Assembly: GCA_036172245.1 (NCBI GenBank)
Contig: JAYWIR010000103.1
Span: 62,001-126,000 of the forward strand
DNA: 64,000 nt
Source: Raillietiella orientalis
Lineage: Eukaryota
Reading direction: 5' to 3'
Below the pieces are notes generated by a model. The model worked only from the letters and a program-made list of their open reading frames with translations. It had not been told where the DNA came from and did no database searches. The position numbers and the translations under genes were made by a program. This document shows, in pieces, positions 36,109-46,876 of the stretch (positions are counted from its first letter, which is position 1; every line of letters starts with the position of its first letter).

Positions 36109-37766
36109 TATGGCTGGGAAAGTGGCGTTGCGGCACCTGCCGCGGGGCAGGTGTACGAAAGGTCCATCGGTACGAGGACCATCGGAACGAGGACGGAGGC
36201 CTCTTCAGGCGCCTGGGGTACCTGTTCGGCCTACATCCTCACCATCCCCTCCGTGTCCGAGCGTGGAATTCTCTCGGGCGACGGGTCCCGGGAGTTTCCC
36301 ACGCTCATGGCACCCTCGCTACCGGAAGCCATCTCTTCCCCTTCGTCGGGGGAAACGATCTTCCGGGGCATTGTGGACTTTCGTCCTGCCTTTTTGCGGG
36401 GTGCCGCGGAGATGGATGCTGTGTTTCCGGCCTTCACCTCGGGGTCGGAATTGGCCGACTCCTGAGGGGAAGCCGGACGCCTGACGGCCTTCTTGCCAGC
36501 CTTGAGGGCAACCGGCTGCAACGAGGCAGCCAGCTCCTCCGCGGCGCGCTCGAAGGCGACGTCATCGAGCGTGGGCTCGATGACGGACGCCGCCGCCTCG
36601 CTCCCCTCCTTGTTGACTTTGTCAACGGAGGGTTGAGCAGGGGCAGCAGCGAGTTCTTTAGCGCCGCATTCGTCGATGGCGGGAATCCGCTCTACAACGA
36701 CGCAGCAGCTTTTAATTTTATCGCGGCGCAGAGCGGTTTCGCTCCGTTTCGCCACGTTCTTTCCCTTCTTATGGGAGTTTTTCTTGGGGTCGACCTTCTG
36801 CCACCCTGGCTCTTGACCCTCGCCCTCGACCTTTTCGGCGTCTTTCGCCGAAGTCTCGGGGCTGGCCTTCGCCTTGGTGGCGGAGGTGACCTCCTTAGCA
36901 GCAGCACGAGCTGCCAGCTTCTTTCTCTTTTTTGCCGCGCGCTTTCTCGCGTTTTTCGCGGACACGACGCGGACTGTGTTTTGGGGGCACACCAGACGGG
37001 TGTGCCCCGCTTGTTTGCATTGCTGGCACTGCACGCTCGGACACCTCATTTTAAGGTGACCAAAGCTGCTGCAGCAGCCGCAAAACTTGGGTTTCCCCAC
37101 GTACCACACGTCAACGGATTCACCGTTGACGGTGAGTTTGTGGGGAATCTCAGATCCCTCGCGAACCGTCACTCGCGCTGCACCCAGGCCGCCAAGCAAC
37201 CCGTCGTGATCGACAAAAGGAGTAGGCTTGCCCCACAGCGCGTGGAGAGTTGCGAATTTTTCCAATTTGTTCCGGACGGCCTCCTTCGTCATCCGGAACG
37301 TGATACCGGTCAGGTGAATGATCACCGACCGGTCTTCTGTTATTGGGAGAAGCCTCCGGCTGCCCATACTTACGGAGGTTCGCAGAAGTCTCTGCGCAAG
37401 AGTTGCCTCCTTGCAGATAACTTCCACAAATTGACCCCCGCTTCTGACGGACATAGCCAGAAGCTCCTCTTTCTGTACGCCGAGAACGCGCATCGCCTGT
37501 GAGAAGGCGCGCGCGTTCTCGGGAGAATATAGACCGCCTACCTTATATATAAGGGGTGGGTTATACCCCTCCTCCAGGTAAGCGCGCATTTCCGCCATAG
37601 CCGCTGGCGTAGGTGCCGCAGCCACGGCGTTCCAAGCCCTGGGTAGGGCCGGGGGCGCATCCGTGCTGGCGGGAGCCTCCACTGATGCGGGAGCCCCCAC
37701 CTCCATCTGCTCCGGGGGCAATAAGGTCATCGCCCCCGGATCCTCACCGGTGGTGGTATCAGGCAT
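36108..37766 (-). pseudogene. ORF1 of C2, premature stop at 36231 and a short duplication near its 3' end
   Basis: 511 aa open with CGCCSSFGHLKMRC and CQQCKQAGHTRLVC; the homologous stop overlaps the ORF2 ATG (TAATG 36110-36106). Confidence 0.9.
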
Positions 37767-37848
37767 TTCTGCCTAATCCTCCACCCACACCACGCACAAG
37801 CACCAACGGAAATGGAACTCAGCAGCAACGAAATAACACGTCCCCTCG

Positions 37849-38516
37849 ACGCTCCGGAATCTCAGGACTGGGACCTTTTTGAATCGGGGTCCGCGAGTTC
37901 TGGGAGCAGTTCCCCCTGGATCGCTTGCCCCCCGGGTTCGGCGAGGGTGCTCGCAACCATCGGGCCTATTTACAGGCTCGTAGGTACGAGTAAACCCCTA
38001 ATGTTCGTCGCCTGGCCGAGTACCGCGCCGTGGCCGAACGCCAAGCCTGGCAATCCGGGTCGGCCAGCTTGCTGGACGACCAGGGCCGGGAATGTTCGTC
38101 CCCGGCGTCGGTACGGCATCTCGTGCGGAGTTTTTATTCCTCCCTTTACGCCAGGGAGCCCCCGGATCGAAACGCCTTTCGACGCTTGCTTCCGGATGGC
38201 ACCCCGGCAATAGGGGAGGAGGAGATGGAAAGCCTCGACGAGCCTTATAACACCGGCGAAATTCTCTCCGGTAACAAAAGGCTCAAGAGGCGTAAAGCTC
38301 CAGGGGAAGACGGCTTGCCCGCGGAGTTCTTTCAGAGCTTCGCGGAAGAGCTGGCACCCCTGCTGCTTAAGTTGATCTGGCTGATCCGAGACGAAGGCGA
38401 TGTTCCCGCCTCGTTTCGGTCAGCCAGAGTGAGGCTCCTTCCGAAAGGGGGAGACCTCAGGAATTTAAAGAACTGGCGTCCGATCACGATCGTTAATACG
38501 GACGCCAAGTTGATAG
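37849..38516 (+). pseudogene. Internal ORF2 segment of an A-type host (A0) bounded by two insertions
   Basis: From TLRNLQDWD to NTDAKLI; near identical to about 55769-56438. Confidence 0.9.
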
Positions 38517-41440
38517 TTGCCACCCGGTCACGCCGGGGCGTTTATTAAAAATTCTCTTTGATTCGTGGTACGAGGTCCCACTACGGCCAACTCAACTGGA
38601 CCTGCCGGGTCGCCGGTACGTAGACCGGCGCGACTCTCCTCGGTAGCGGAAGGGGGTGGGGGAAAAAACAAAAAGAAAAATAAAACATAAAAACAAAAAG
38701 ATTTGGGAGGGCTGGAGAGGGATCACTGACCACTGGGAGGAGAATCCACCCTTCGCAGGATGCCCTCGAGATCGGTCCGTATAATTCCCAGGTGGGGCCA
38801 TCTGGTCACAATCCGCAGGTAGCGGACTGCAAGTACGACGGCATCCCTGTCGTGGCTCGGTCTTCTGACGTTGCTCCAGCACGTCACAATCCCGCGTACG
38901 CAGCAAAGTGCAGCCAGGGTAGCGGCTGGACGCAGGGCATCATGCACGAACAGAAGCCGAAAAACGTCTCTGGGCTGGCTGCCCTCCTGGATCCGTAGGG
39001 AGGCACGAAGACGTTCCCACAGGGGTCGGAGGGCAGCACAATCAACAAGGAGGTGGGGGAGGGTTTCCCGTTCCCCACACCTGATGCAGGTAGGATCTAC
39101 TCGACCCCTGGTCCAGTGGTGGCGGCGTGCGTTGCAGGGTAGACCCCAATGCAACAACAGAAGCGCCGACTCCTGCCACTTCAGGGGGAGGATCCTAGAA
39201 CCAATTAATACCGGGGGCCACTTCAGGTCATCCGGCTGGATGCCGAGTAGCTCGCCCCATCTCTGAAGTCCTCTCGGCTGGACACTAGGGGTACTGGCGT
39301 CCGCCAGTTCACCCGTGGAACAGCCGCTGATCAACTTCTCCTTGCCTGCGATGCGGCAGGAGACTTGCCACCTAGGCTTGCGGCTGCTGGAGAGCGCCCT
39401 CCTCAGGAAGGGCATCGCAGTAGCTAGGGGGGTTGTCTCTGCCCACGTGCTTCTCGCGGGACACTGGAGTATCTTCCGCAGAGTGCAGCGGGAATAGGCG
39501 CCGCGTCGCAGGCAGTTCCATATTTCTTCATTTTTTTCATTAATCTTCGCCCACGTGCCAGCTGTCTCCTCCAGCCATGCGGAGGAGTTGGCGGGGCTGC
39601 ATACCATCCAGCCGTTTTCCTTCGCCAGAGTTGCCATGCGTCCCAGGAGAAGTCCGCATCTCTTGATATTCTTGCCACGGCAGAGAAGATAGGACGCGAG
39701 ACCCTCCGTCCCGGATACACGGCTGGCAAGGAGTCGGGCCGGAACGCACCAAGGGGTGCTCCATAACTTCGCTGCGATGGCGAGGGTTCGGAAGCGCAGC
39801 TGAATCTTTACTCGCTCCATCGTGAAGAGGCCGAGACCGCCATCCCGACGTGGAGCACACAAGTCCTTCAACGGGACTCGGGGCCTCCCTCTTCCCCAAA
39901 GGGCAATTCTCAGGAGGTCCTTCGTCCGTTTTTTCAACTCTCTGGGGACCGAACAAACAAAAGCTGGGGGCGGAGGATAGAAGCCGCGAACGCGTTCCAT
40001 ACCGCGGCCCGTTCCGGAAGGAGAAACTTGTCTTCCATGAACGGGCCGATCGCCGTTTCCACTTTTTGGAGGCAGCCGGACCACGCTTCCGCAGGGGAGT
40101 AGTCCCCCAACGGCACAGCAAGGTACTTCAAGCACCTCGCCGTGCGGATCCCCAAGCGGACCCAGTCCTGCTGCCCTGTCCACGTCGCTCCAACTGGCAA
40201 CACTGACGACTTCGCCCTGTTAACCTGTAATCCGGCCCCACGGCTAAGCAGGTCGAAGAAATCTCCGACCGCCTTCGCCGGGGTGGACATAGGTAAGAGG
40301 AGCAGAAGATCGTCGGCATACGCCGCTACGGCTGGCGTGCCGGGGCACGAGCTCGGCAAGGGGGCCAAAGTCACCCGGTACGCTCTCAGCACCAACTCAG
40401 CGTAGGTGCTAAAAAGCAGGGGGCTGAGGCTGTCGCCCTGCCTTATGCCCCGCCGCACCGGCACGCCATACACCTTTTGTCCACTGAAAGTAATTGAGAT
40501 TATCGCGTTCCGCCAGCAAGAGCGCAGGTAAGAAATCAAGGAGGGTGGGAAGCCCATGCGACCCAGGAGCTCCAAGAGGAGTTCCTGGTCAACACAGTCG
40601 AATGCCTTATGGAGGTCGACTGCGATCGCTAAGGCCCCCTTTCCCGCATGAGGGTCCCTACCCTGTCCCACTGGCGGCCCCAAAGTAGGGTTACAAATTT
40701 TCCCTTTCCCTTCTTTATTACTCCGCTGCGCGTGCATCCATGTGCTCGCGAAGAAGAGGTTGTCCTCCATACTTCGCCCGGAAACAGCGTATGTCTGCTC
40801 CGGGCTAATTATGGAATTGGACACCTGCCCCAATCGCGACGCCCACATCCCGACAATCAACTTGGCGTCCGTGTTCACAATCGTGATCGGACGCCAGTTG
40901 CAAAGTTTCCTGAGGTCTCCTCCCTTCGGGAGGAGCCTCACCCTGGCTGACCGAAACGAGGCGGGAACATCGCCTTCGTCCCGGATTCGCCTTGTCAACT
41001 CGAGCACCAGGGGGGCCAGCTCTTCCGCGAAACTCTGAAAGAACTCCGCAGGCAAGCCGTCCTCCCCTGGCGCCTTACGCCTCTTCAGCCTTTTGATACC
41101 GGCGAGAATTTCACCGGTCGTGAAAGGCTCGTCGAGGCTTTCTCTCTCCTCCTCCCCTATCGCCACGGAACCACTCATGAGCAATCGCCGCGAGGCGTCT
41201 TGTTCCGGTGGTGTTTTGGCGTAAAGGGAGGAATAAAAACAATGCACGAGATTCCGTACCGCAGACAGGGACGAACGTTCCCGGCCCATGTCATCCAGCA
41301 TGCTGGCTGACCCGGATTGCCAGGCTTGTTGCTCGGCTCCGGCGCGGTATTCGGCCAGGCGACGGACATTGGGGTTCCTCTCGTGACGACGCGCGTGCAA
41401 ATACGCGCGTTCGTTGCGAGCCCTCCGCCGAATCCCTTGG
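38517..41440 (-). mobile_element. A-related subfamily E, 3' part (ORF2 41440-38723, frameshift near 39965) + 3' UTR; interrupted by the A1-A3 array
   Basis: RT motifs including YADD; CIRCGERETLPH; terminal hairpin 38517-38546. Confidence 0.92.
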
Positions 41441-41531
41441 CGAGTGGACGTGTTTTTCCTTCGCTCCCGAGTGAGTCGACAGGAAGCGGTTTTTTCTATT
41501 GTTGTTTGGTGTGGAACATCGTTGGTGTCCG

Positions 41532-43285
41532 ATGGCAGCGATGCCTGAGGACACCACGATGGAGGTAGGTGTGGGGGAGGCTTGCCCACCCCCACAGCCT
41601 ACAGAATCAGGGGCGTCCGCCCCGGAATCGCCCTCGCCGCTCAAGGCGAGGAGCTGGAGCGCCATGGTGGCCGCGCCTAGCGCGGAAACCATGGCCGAGA
41701 TGGCGGCCTACCGGGCAGCTGGGTACAAGCCCAGCTTGGTTTACCAGGTAGGCAATCTCTTTGACGGGCGAACTGCACGCGCTTTTTCGAAAGCGCTGCA
41801 GAACGCCAACGTGTTGGAAAAGGACCTTGACGGTCTATCCGTGCTAAGCGGGGGTCAGCGCGTTGAGGTTGTCTGCAAGGACATCACCTTGGCGCAAAGC
41901 TTGATAACCACCCCGCTGAACGTGGACGGACGCAAGATCCTACCAGTCACGATGGACCGCTCCGTAGTGGTCCATCTGACAGGGATCACCAGCCGCATGA
42001 CGCGGTCTGCGGTTGGTGATCAGTTAAGAAAGTACGGAGATGTTCACGCGCTTTGGCCAAAGGCCACAATCTTCGATGGCTACGATAGCCTTTTCGGAGG
42101 GCAGGCCGCCGCGCGCGTGACGGTGAAAGAGAGTGGGCTTCCCCACAAACTAGAGGTCAATGGCGAAGTCGTAGACCTCTGGTACGTGGGGAAACCCCGC
42201 TTTTGTGGCTACTGCAATGCAGTAGGACACTTGCGCAAGCGGTGCCCGAACATTGTGTGCCACTTATGCGGGGAGAAGGGCCACGTACGCCGCGTATGCC
42301 CTAAACGCCCCACTCCGGTGCCGCCTGCTGCACAAAAAGCACAGGCAAAACGCGGTAAACTGGTCGAAAGACCAAAAAGAGATACTGGCCGGCAGCAGCC
42401 GCTAGCCCCTGTTCCTCCCACACAGGCGTCGGAAGAAAAACCCTCCGAAGACGCGGGAGTCCAAGACGGCTGGCAGCTGGTCCAGGCCAGGAAGGAGAAA
42501 AAGGTGCACCCCGCGGAACCCGCGAAAGCGGTAAAAAAGACAGCCGGCAAGGCGAAAAAACCTGGGCCGCGCTCTAAGACCATGCGGGAATGTACGGTAG
42601 CACTGGAGCGTATAGCCGTTCCCGAGATTGCCACCCGGGGCGACGAGCCTTCCCTCGCCGTTTCCGCCGCGCCTGAGGTTCGCGACGACGAACCCTCTGT
42701 TTACACAGAGGGTGAGCCGCGCGATGCGCCGGTCGACACTGCGGACGCCGCGTTCGCAAAGGCGGCGGAGGAGCTCGCGGCCACGCTGGCGGAGCGTGAG
42801 AACCCCTCACGCAAGGCCGTGCGAAGGCCGGCTCCCGCGAAAAAGGCCCCCACAGGTGAGTCGGACCTGGGGGCCGGAAGTGCATCCTCCTCCTCGGAGG
42901 CACCCCCAGGAAGTCGGGACGCAAGTCCCAGAAACCCAGGAGGCGCCTCCCCTCCACCAGCGAGGAGGAGAAGCAGGAAGGTAGCGGTAGCGTGGGAATC
43001 CCGGAGGGGGAACTCCCACGCTCGGAAGCCGTCGAGCTGGCCACCCCCATGGAGGAGGGTGAGCAGGGGGGCGAAGTCCTCCCTGCAGTCGCCGAGCCTG
43101 AACAGCCCGCCCCCATGGAGGAGGGCCAACAGGTAGGCGCGACCCCACTTAAGGGTGACCCCCTCGACGCGCCGTTACCCATGGAGGAGGGGGACCAGGT
43201 GCACGCAGCGCCTGACCCTCCTCCTCCAGCTAGCGTCCCGCCCCAACAGGTGGCGGACGCCGCATCGCCATCTTCCCAGGAATAA
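41532..43285 (+). pseudogene. ORF1 of A1, one frameshift in a C run near 42905
   Basis: CGYCNAVGHLRKRC, CHLCGEKGHVRRVC; tail continues in ORF 42992-43285; could be a homopolymer sequencing error. Confidence 0.88.
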
Positions 43286-46200
43286 CACCTGGGCTCGCCA
43301 GTCGCCGTCGGATTCGCGCCGCCTGTTGGAACGTCAACGGGCTGCGCGACGACGGTAACAGGCGAGATACGGCCGACACCCTGCGTGAGCTCGACCTGGC
43401 CCTGCTGCAGGAGATCCACGTGATCACCGCGGCAGACGCCCAGGAGATCAAGACGATCGCGGGGGGTCGGCTGTATTGGCGGTGCGGCCTCCGCAACACC
43501 TGCGGGGTCGCGTTCTTCGTGAAGCCGGCCATCGACGCGGCCGTGAAGGGCGTGCGCTTCGATGACGACGGTCGGGTCGGTCAGCTGATTCTCAGCTGGT
43601 CCGACTCGATCGAAGTGATCGTCACGAATGTGTACGCCCCCAGCGGTAAACAGGGATACAGCGACCGTACCAGGCTGCTGGATTCCCTGAAGCGCGACTG
43701 GCTGGCGGACACGAACGTGCGGAAGGCTCACCTGATAGCGGGAGATTTCAATCTCCGTCTGCTAACAGGTGAGCCAGAAACACAAGAGAACGCGATGAAC
43801 GAGTTGTGCGACGCCATGCGTGCGCGCAACTTGTTCGCGGGTGAGAGGGGAATGGTCCGCAGCATCGACCACGTCTTCCTCGACGCTGACCTGTGTTCAC
43901 GGGTCGGCAAACGGGGGAGGGTTGCGTCGACGTTGTCCGAACATTCCCGGTTAATTTTCAAGATGCGGCCTCGAGACAAGGGACCGCCATCCAGGGATTG
44001 GCGTCTGCCGGGGGACTGGATGCGACTCTCAGGTGCGAAGGAATACCTTCGCGAATACCTGAGAGGTGTCACGCTCCGGATTCTCCAGGACTGGGACCTT
44101 TTTAAGGAATCGGTCCCCGAGTTCTGTGAGCAGTTCCCCCTGGATCGCCTGCCCCCCGGATTCAAAGAGGGTGCTCGCAACCATCGGGCCTATTTACAGG
44201 CTCGTAGGTACGAGAGAACCCCTAATGTCCGTCGCCTGGCCGAGTACCGCGCCGGGGCCGAACGCCAAGCCTGGCAATCCGGGTCGGCCAGCTTGCTGGA
44301 CGACCAGGGCCGGGAATGTTCGTCCCCGGCGTCAATACGGCATCTCGTGCGGAGTTTCTATTCCTCCCTTTACGCCAGGCAGCCCCCGGATCGAAACGCC
44401 TCTCGGCGCTTGCTTCCGGATGGCGCCCCGGCAATAGGGGAGGAGGAGATGGAAAGCCTCGACGAGCCTTTTACCACCGGCGAAATTCTCGCCGGTATCA
44501 AAACGCTCAAGAGGCGTAAAGCTCCAGGGGAAGACGGCTTGCCCGCGGAGTTCTTTCAGAGCTTCGCGGAAGAGCTGGCACCCCTGCTGCTTAAGTTGAT
44601 CAGGCTGATCCGAGACGAAGGCGATGTTCCCGCCTCGTTTCGGTCAGCCAGAGTGAGTCTCCTGCCGAAAGGGGGAGACCTCAGGGATTTAAAGAACTGG
44701 CGTCCGATCACGATCGTGAATACGGACGCCAAGTTGATCGCAGGGCTATGGGCTTCGCGTCTGGGGCAGGTGGCAGAATCCGTAATTACCCCGGAGAAGA
44801 CTTATGCTGTTCCCGGGCGAAGTATGGATGCCAACCTCTTCTTCGCAAGCACATGGGTGCACCTGCAGAGAAGAGAGAAGAAAGGGATAGGGAAAGTCGG
44901 CAACCCCACATTGGGGCCGCCAGCCGGGCTGGGAAGGGACCCCCGGGCGGGGAAGGGGGCCCTAGCGCTCGCAGTCGATCTCCACAAAGCGTTCGACTGT
45001 GTAGACCAGTAACTTCTCTTGGAGCTCCTGGGTCGCATGGGCTTTCCACCCTCCCTGATTTCCTACCTGCGCTCTTGCTGGCGGAATGCGATAATTACCG
45101 TCTCTTTCAGCGGTCAAAAGGTGTATGGCGTGCCGGTGCGGCGGGGCATAAGGCAGGGAGATAGCCTCAGCCCCCTGCTCTTCAGCACCTACTTTGAGTT
45201 GGTGCTGAGAGCGTACAGGGTGACTTTGGCCCCATTGCCGAGCTCGTGCCCCGGCACGCCCGCCGTAGCAGCGTACGCCGCCGATCTTCTGCTCTTGTTG
45301 CCAATGTCCACCGCGGCAAAGGCGGTCGGAGACTTCTTCGATCTGCTCAGCCGCGGGACCGGACTGCAGGTTAACAGGGTGAAGTCGTCGGTTGTGCCAA
45401 TAGGTGCGGCGTGGGTAGGGCAGCAGGACTGGGTCCGTCTGGGGATTTCCACGGCGAGGTGCTTCAAGTACCTCGGTGTGCCGTTGGGAGACTACTCTCC
45501 TGCGTAAGCGTGCTCCAGCTGCCTCCAAAAAGTCGAGACGGCGATCGGCCCGTTCCTGGGAGGCAAGTTTCACTTGCCGGAACGGGCCGCGGTGTGGAAC
45601 GCCTTCGCGACCCCCATCCTCCGCCCCTTGCTTTTTGTTTGCCCCCTCCCACCGTGGAATCGAAGAAGAGGACCTCCTCCGTATCGCCCTTTGGTGCAAG
45701 GGGAGGCCCCGAGTCCTTCTGAAGGACTTGTGCGCTCCGCGTCGGGACGGCGATCTTGGCCTCCTGACGCTGGAGCGCGTGTAGAAGCAGCAGCGGTGGC
45801 GAACCCTCGCCATCGCAGCGAAGATGTGGAGCACCCCTTGGTGCACCCCGGCACGCCTCCTGGCCAGCCGTGTGTCCCGGTGCGATGGACTCGCGTCTTT
45901 TCTTCTGAGTCGTGGCCGGAAGATGCGAGGTTGCGGCCTACTGCTTGGGCGCATGGCAACATTGGCCAAGGAGAACAGCTGGATAGTTTGCTGCCCCGCC
46001 AACTACCCCGCCTGGCTGGAGGAGAATATTGGAACGTGGGCAGCGGTTAACCAGAGGAGCCACGAAACGTGGAATCGTCTCCGATGCAGCCCCTACGCCC
46101 GCTGCACGCTGCGGAATCTCCTGGAGAGTTCAGCAAGATGCACGTGGGCAGAGACGACCTGCCTAGCTACGGCGCTACCCTTCCTAAGGAGGGCACTTCA

Positions 46201-46876
46201 CAGCACCCGGACGCCAAGGTGGCAAGTCTCCTGCTGCATCGAGGGACAGGAGAAGTTGATCAGCGGCTGGACAACAGGAGAACTGGCCGACGCCTCGACC
46301 CCGAGCGTCCAGCCGCGAGGATTATTAAGATGGGGCGAGCTGCTCGCCATCCCCAGGGATGAGCTGAAGTGGCCCCCGGTGATGAAGGAATCCAGGATCC
46401 TGCCCCTCAAGTGGCAAGAGTCGGCGTTGCTTTTGTTGCACTGGGGTCTACCCTGCAACGCGCGCCGCATCCACTGGACGAGGGGAGCTGTGGATCCTGC
46501 GTGTGCCAGGTGCGGGGAGCGGGAGTCGCTTCCCCACCTTATTGTGGATTGTGCTGCCCTCCGACCCCTTTGGGAACGGTTCGGGACGACCCTCGGGCTC
46601 CCTACGGGCAGCACCCCCAGAGACGTTATTCGGCCCCTCTTCGTGAAGGACGCACTGCAGCCAGCCGCAGCCATCGCAGCCTTGTGCTGCGTCCGTGGCA
46701 TCGTGTCGGCATGGAGCGACGCCAACAACGAAGGAGTGGGTCCACAGGCGAGGGATGTCATCCCGTATGCCAAACGCTTCTTGCGAAGAGCTGCCGGATG
46801 GCCCCAACTGGGGAATATGCAGGCTGACCTCGAGGGCTTCGTTCGACGGATGGGCCCTTCCCACAGCGACCAGTGA
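43285..46876 (+). pseudogene. ORF2 of A1, nonsense codons and YADD mutated to YAAD
   Basis: Pieces 43420-45012, 45019-45507, 45824-46876. Confidence 0.92.

Larger units (their letters stand above)
32312..37848 (-). mobile_element. Full-length subfamily C copy C2 (5537 bp) flanked by target-site copies
   Basis: 5' CGAGGGGACGTGT; 3' hairpin end; flanks ACGCTCCGGAATCTTCA (32295-32311) and ACGCTCCGGAATCTCA (37849-37864). Confidence 0.95.

Noticed and set aside
35850..37502. Long opposite-strand or alternate-frame ORFs (e.g. 35850-37502, 28151-29542, 24187-25371, 62023-63288)
   Set aside because: Shadows of GC-rich ORF1/ORF2; boundaries are not conserved between copies and no motifs are present.
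39934..41595. 553-aa ORF (and 22544-23539, 55436 start) as genuine novel fusion proteins
   Set aside because: Their N-termini are chance read-through across insertion junctions.
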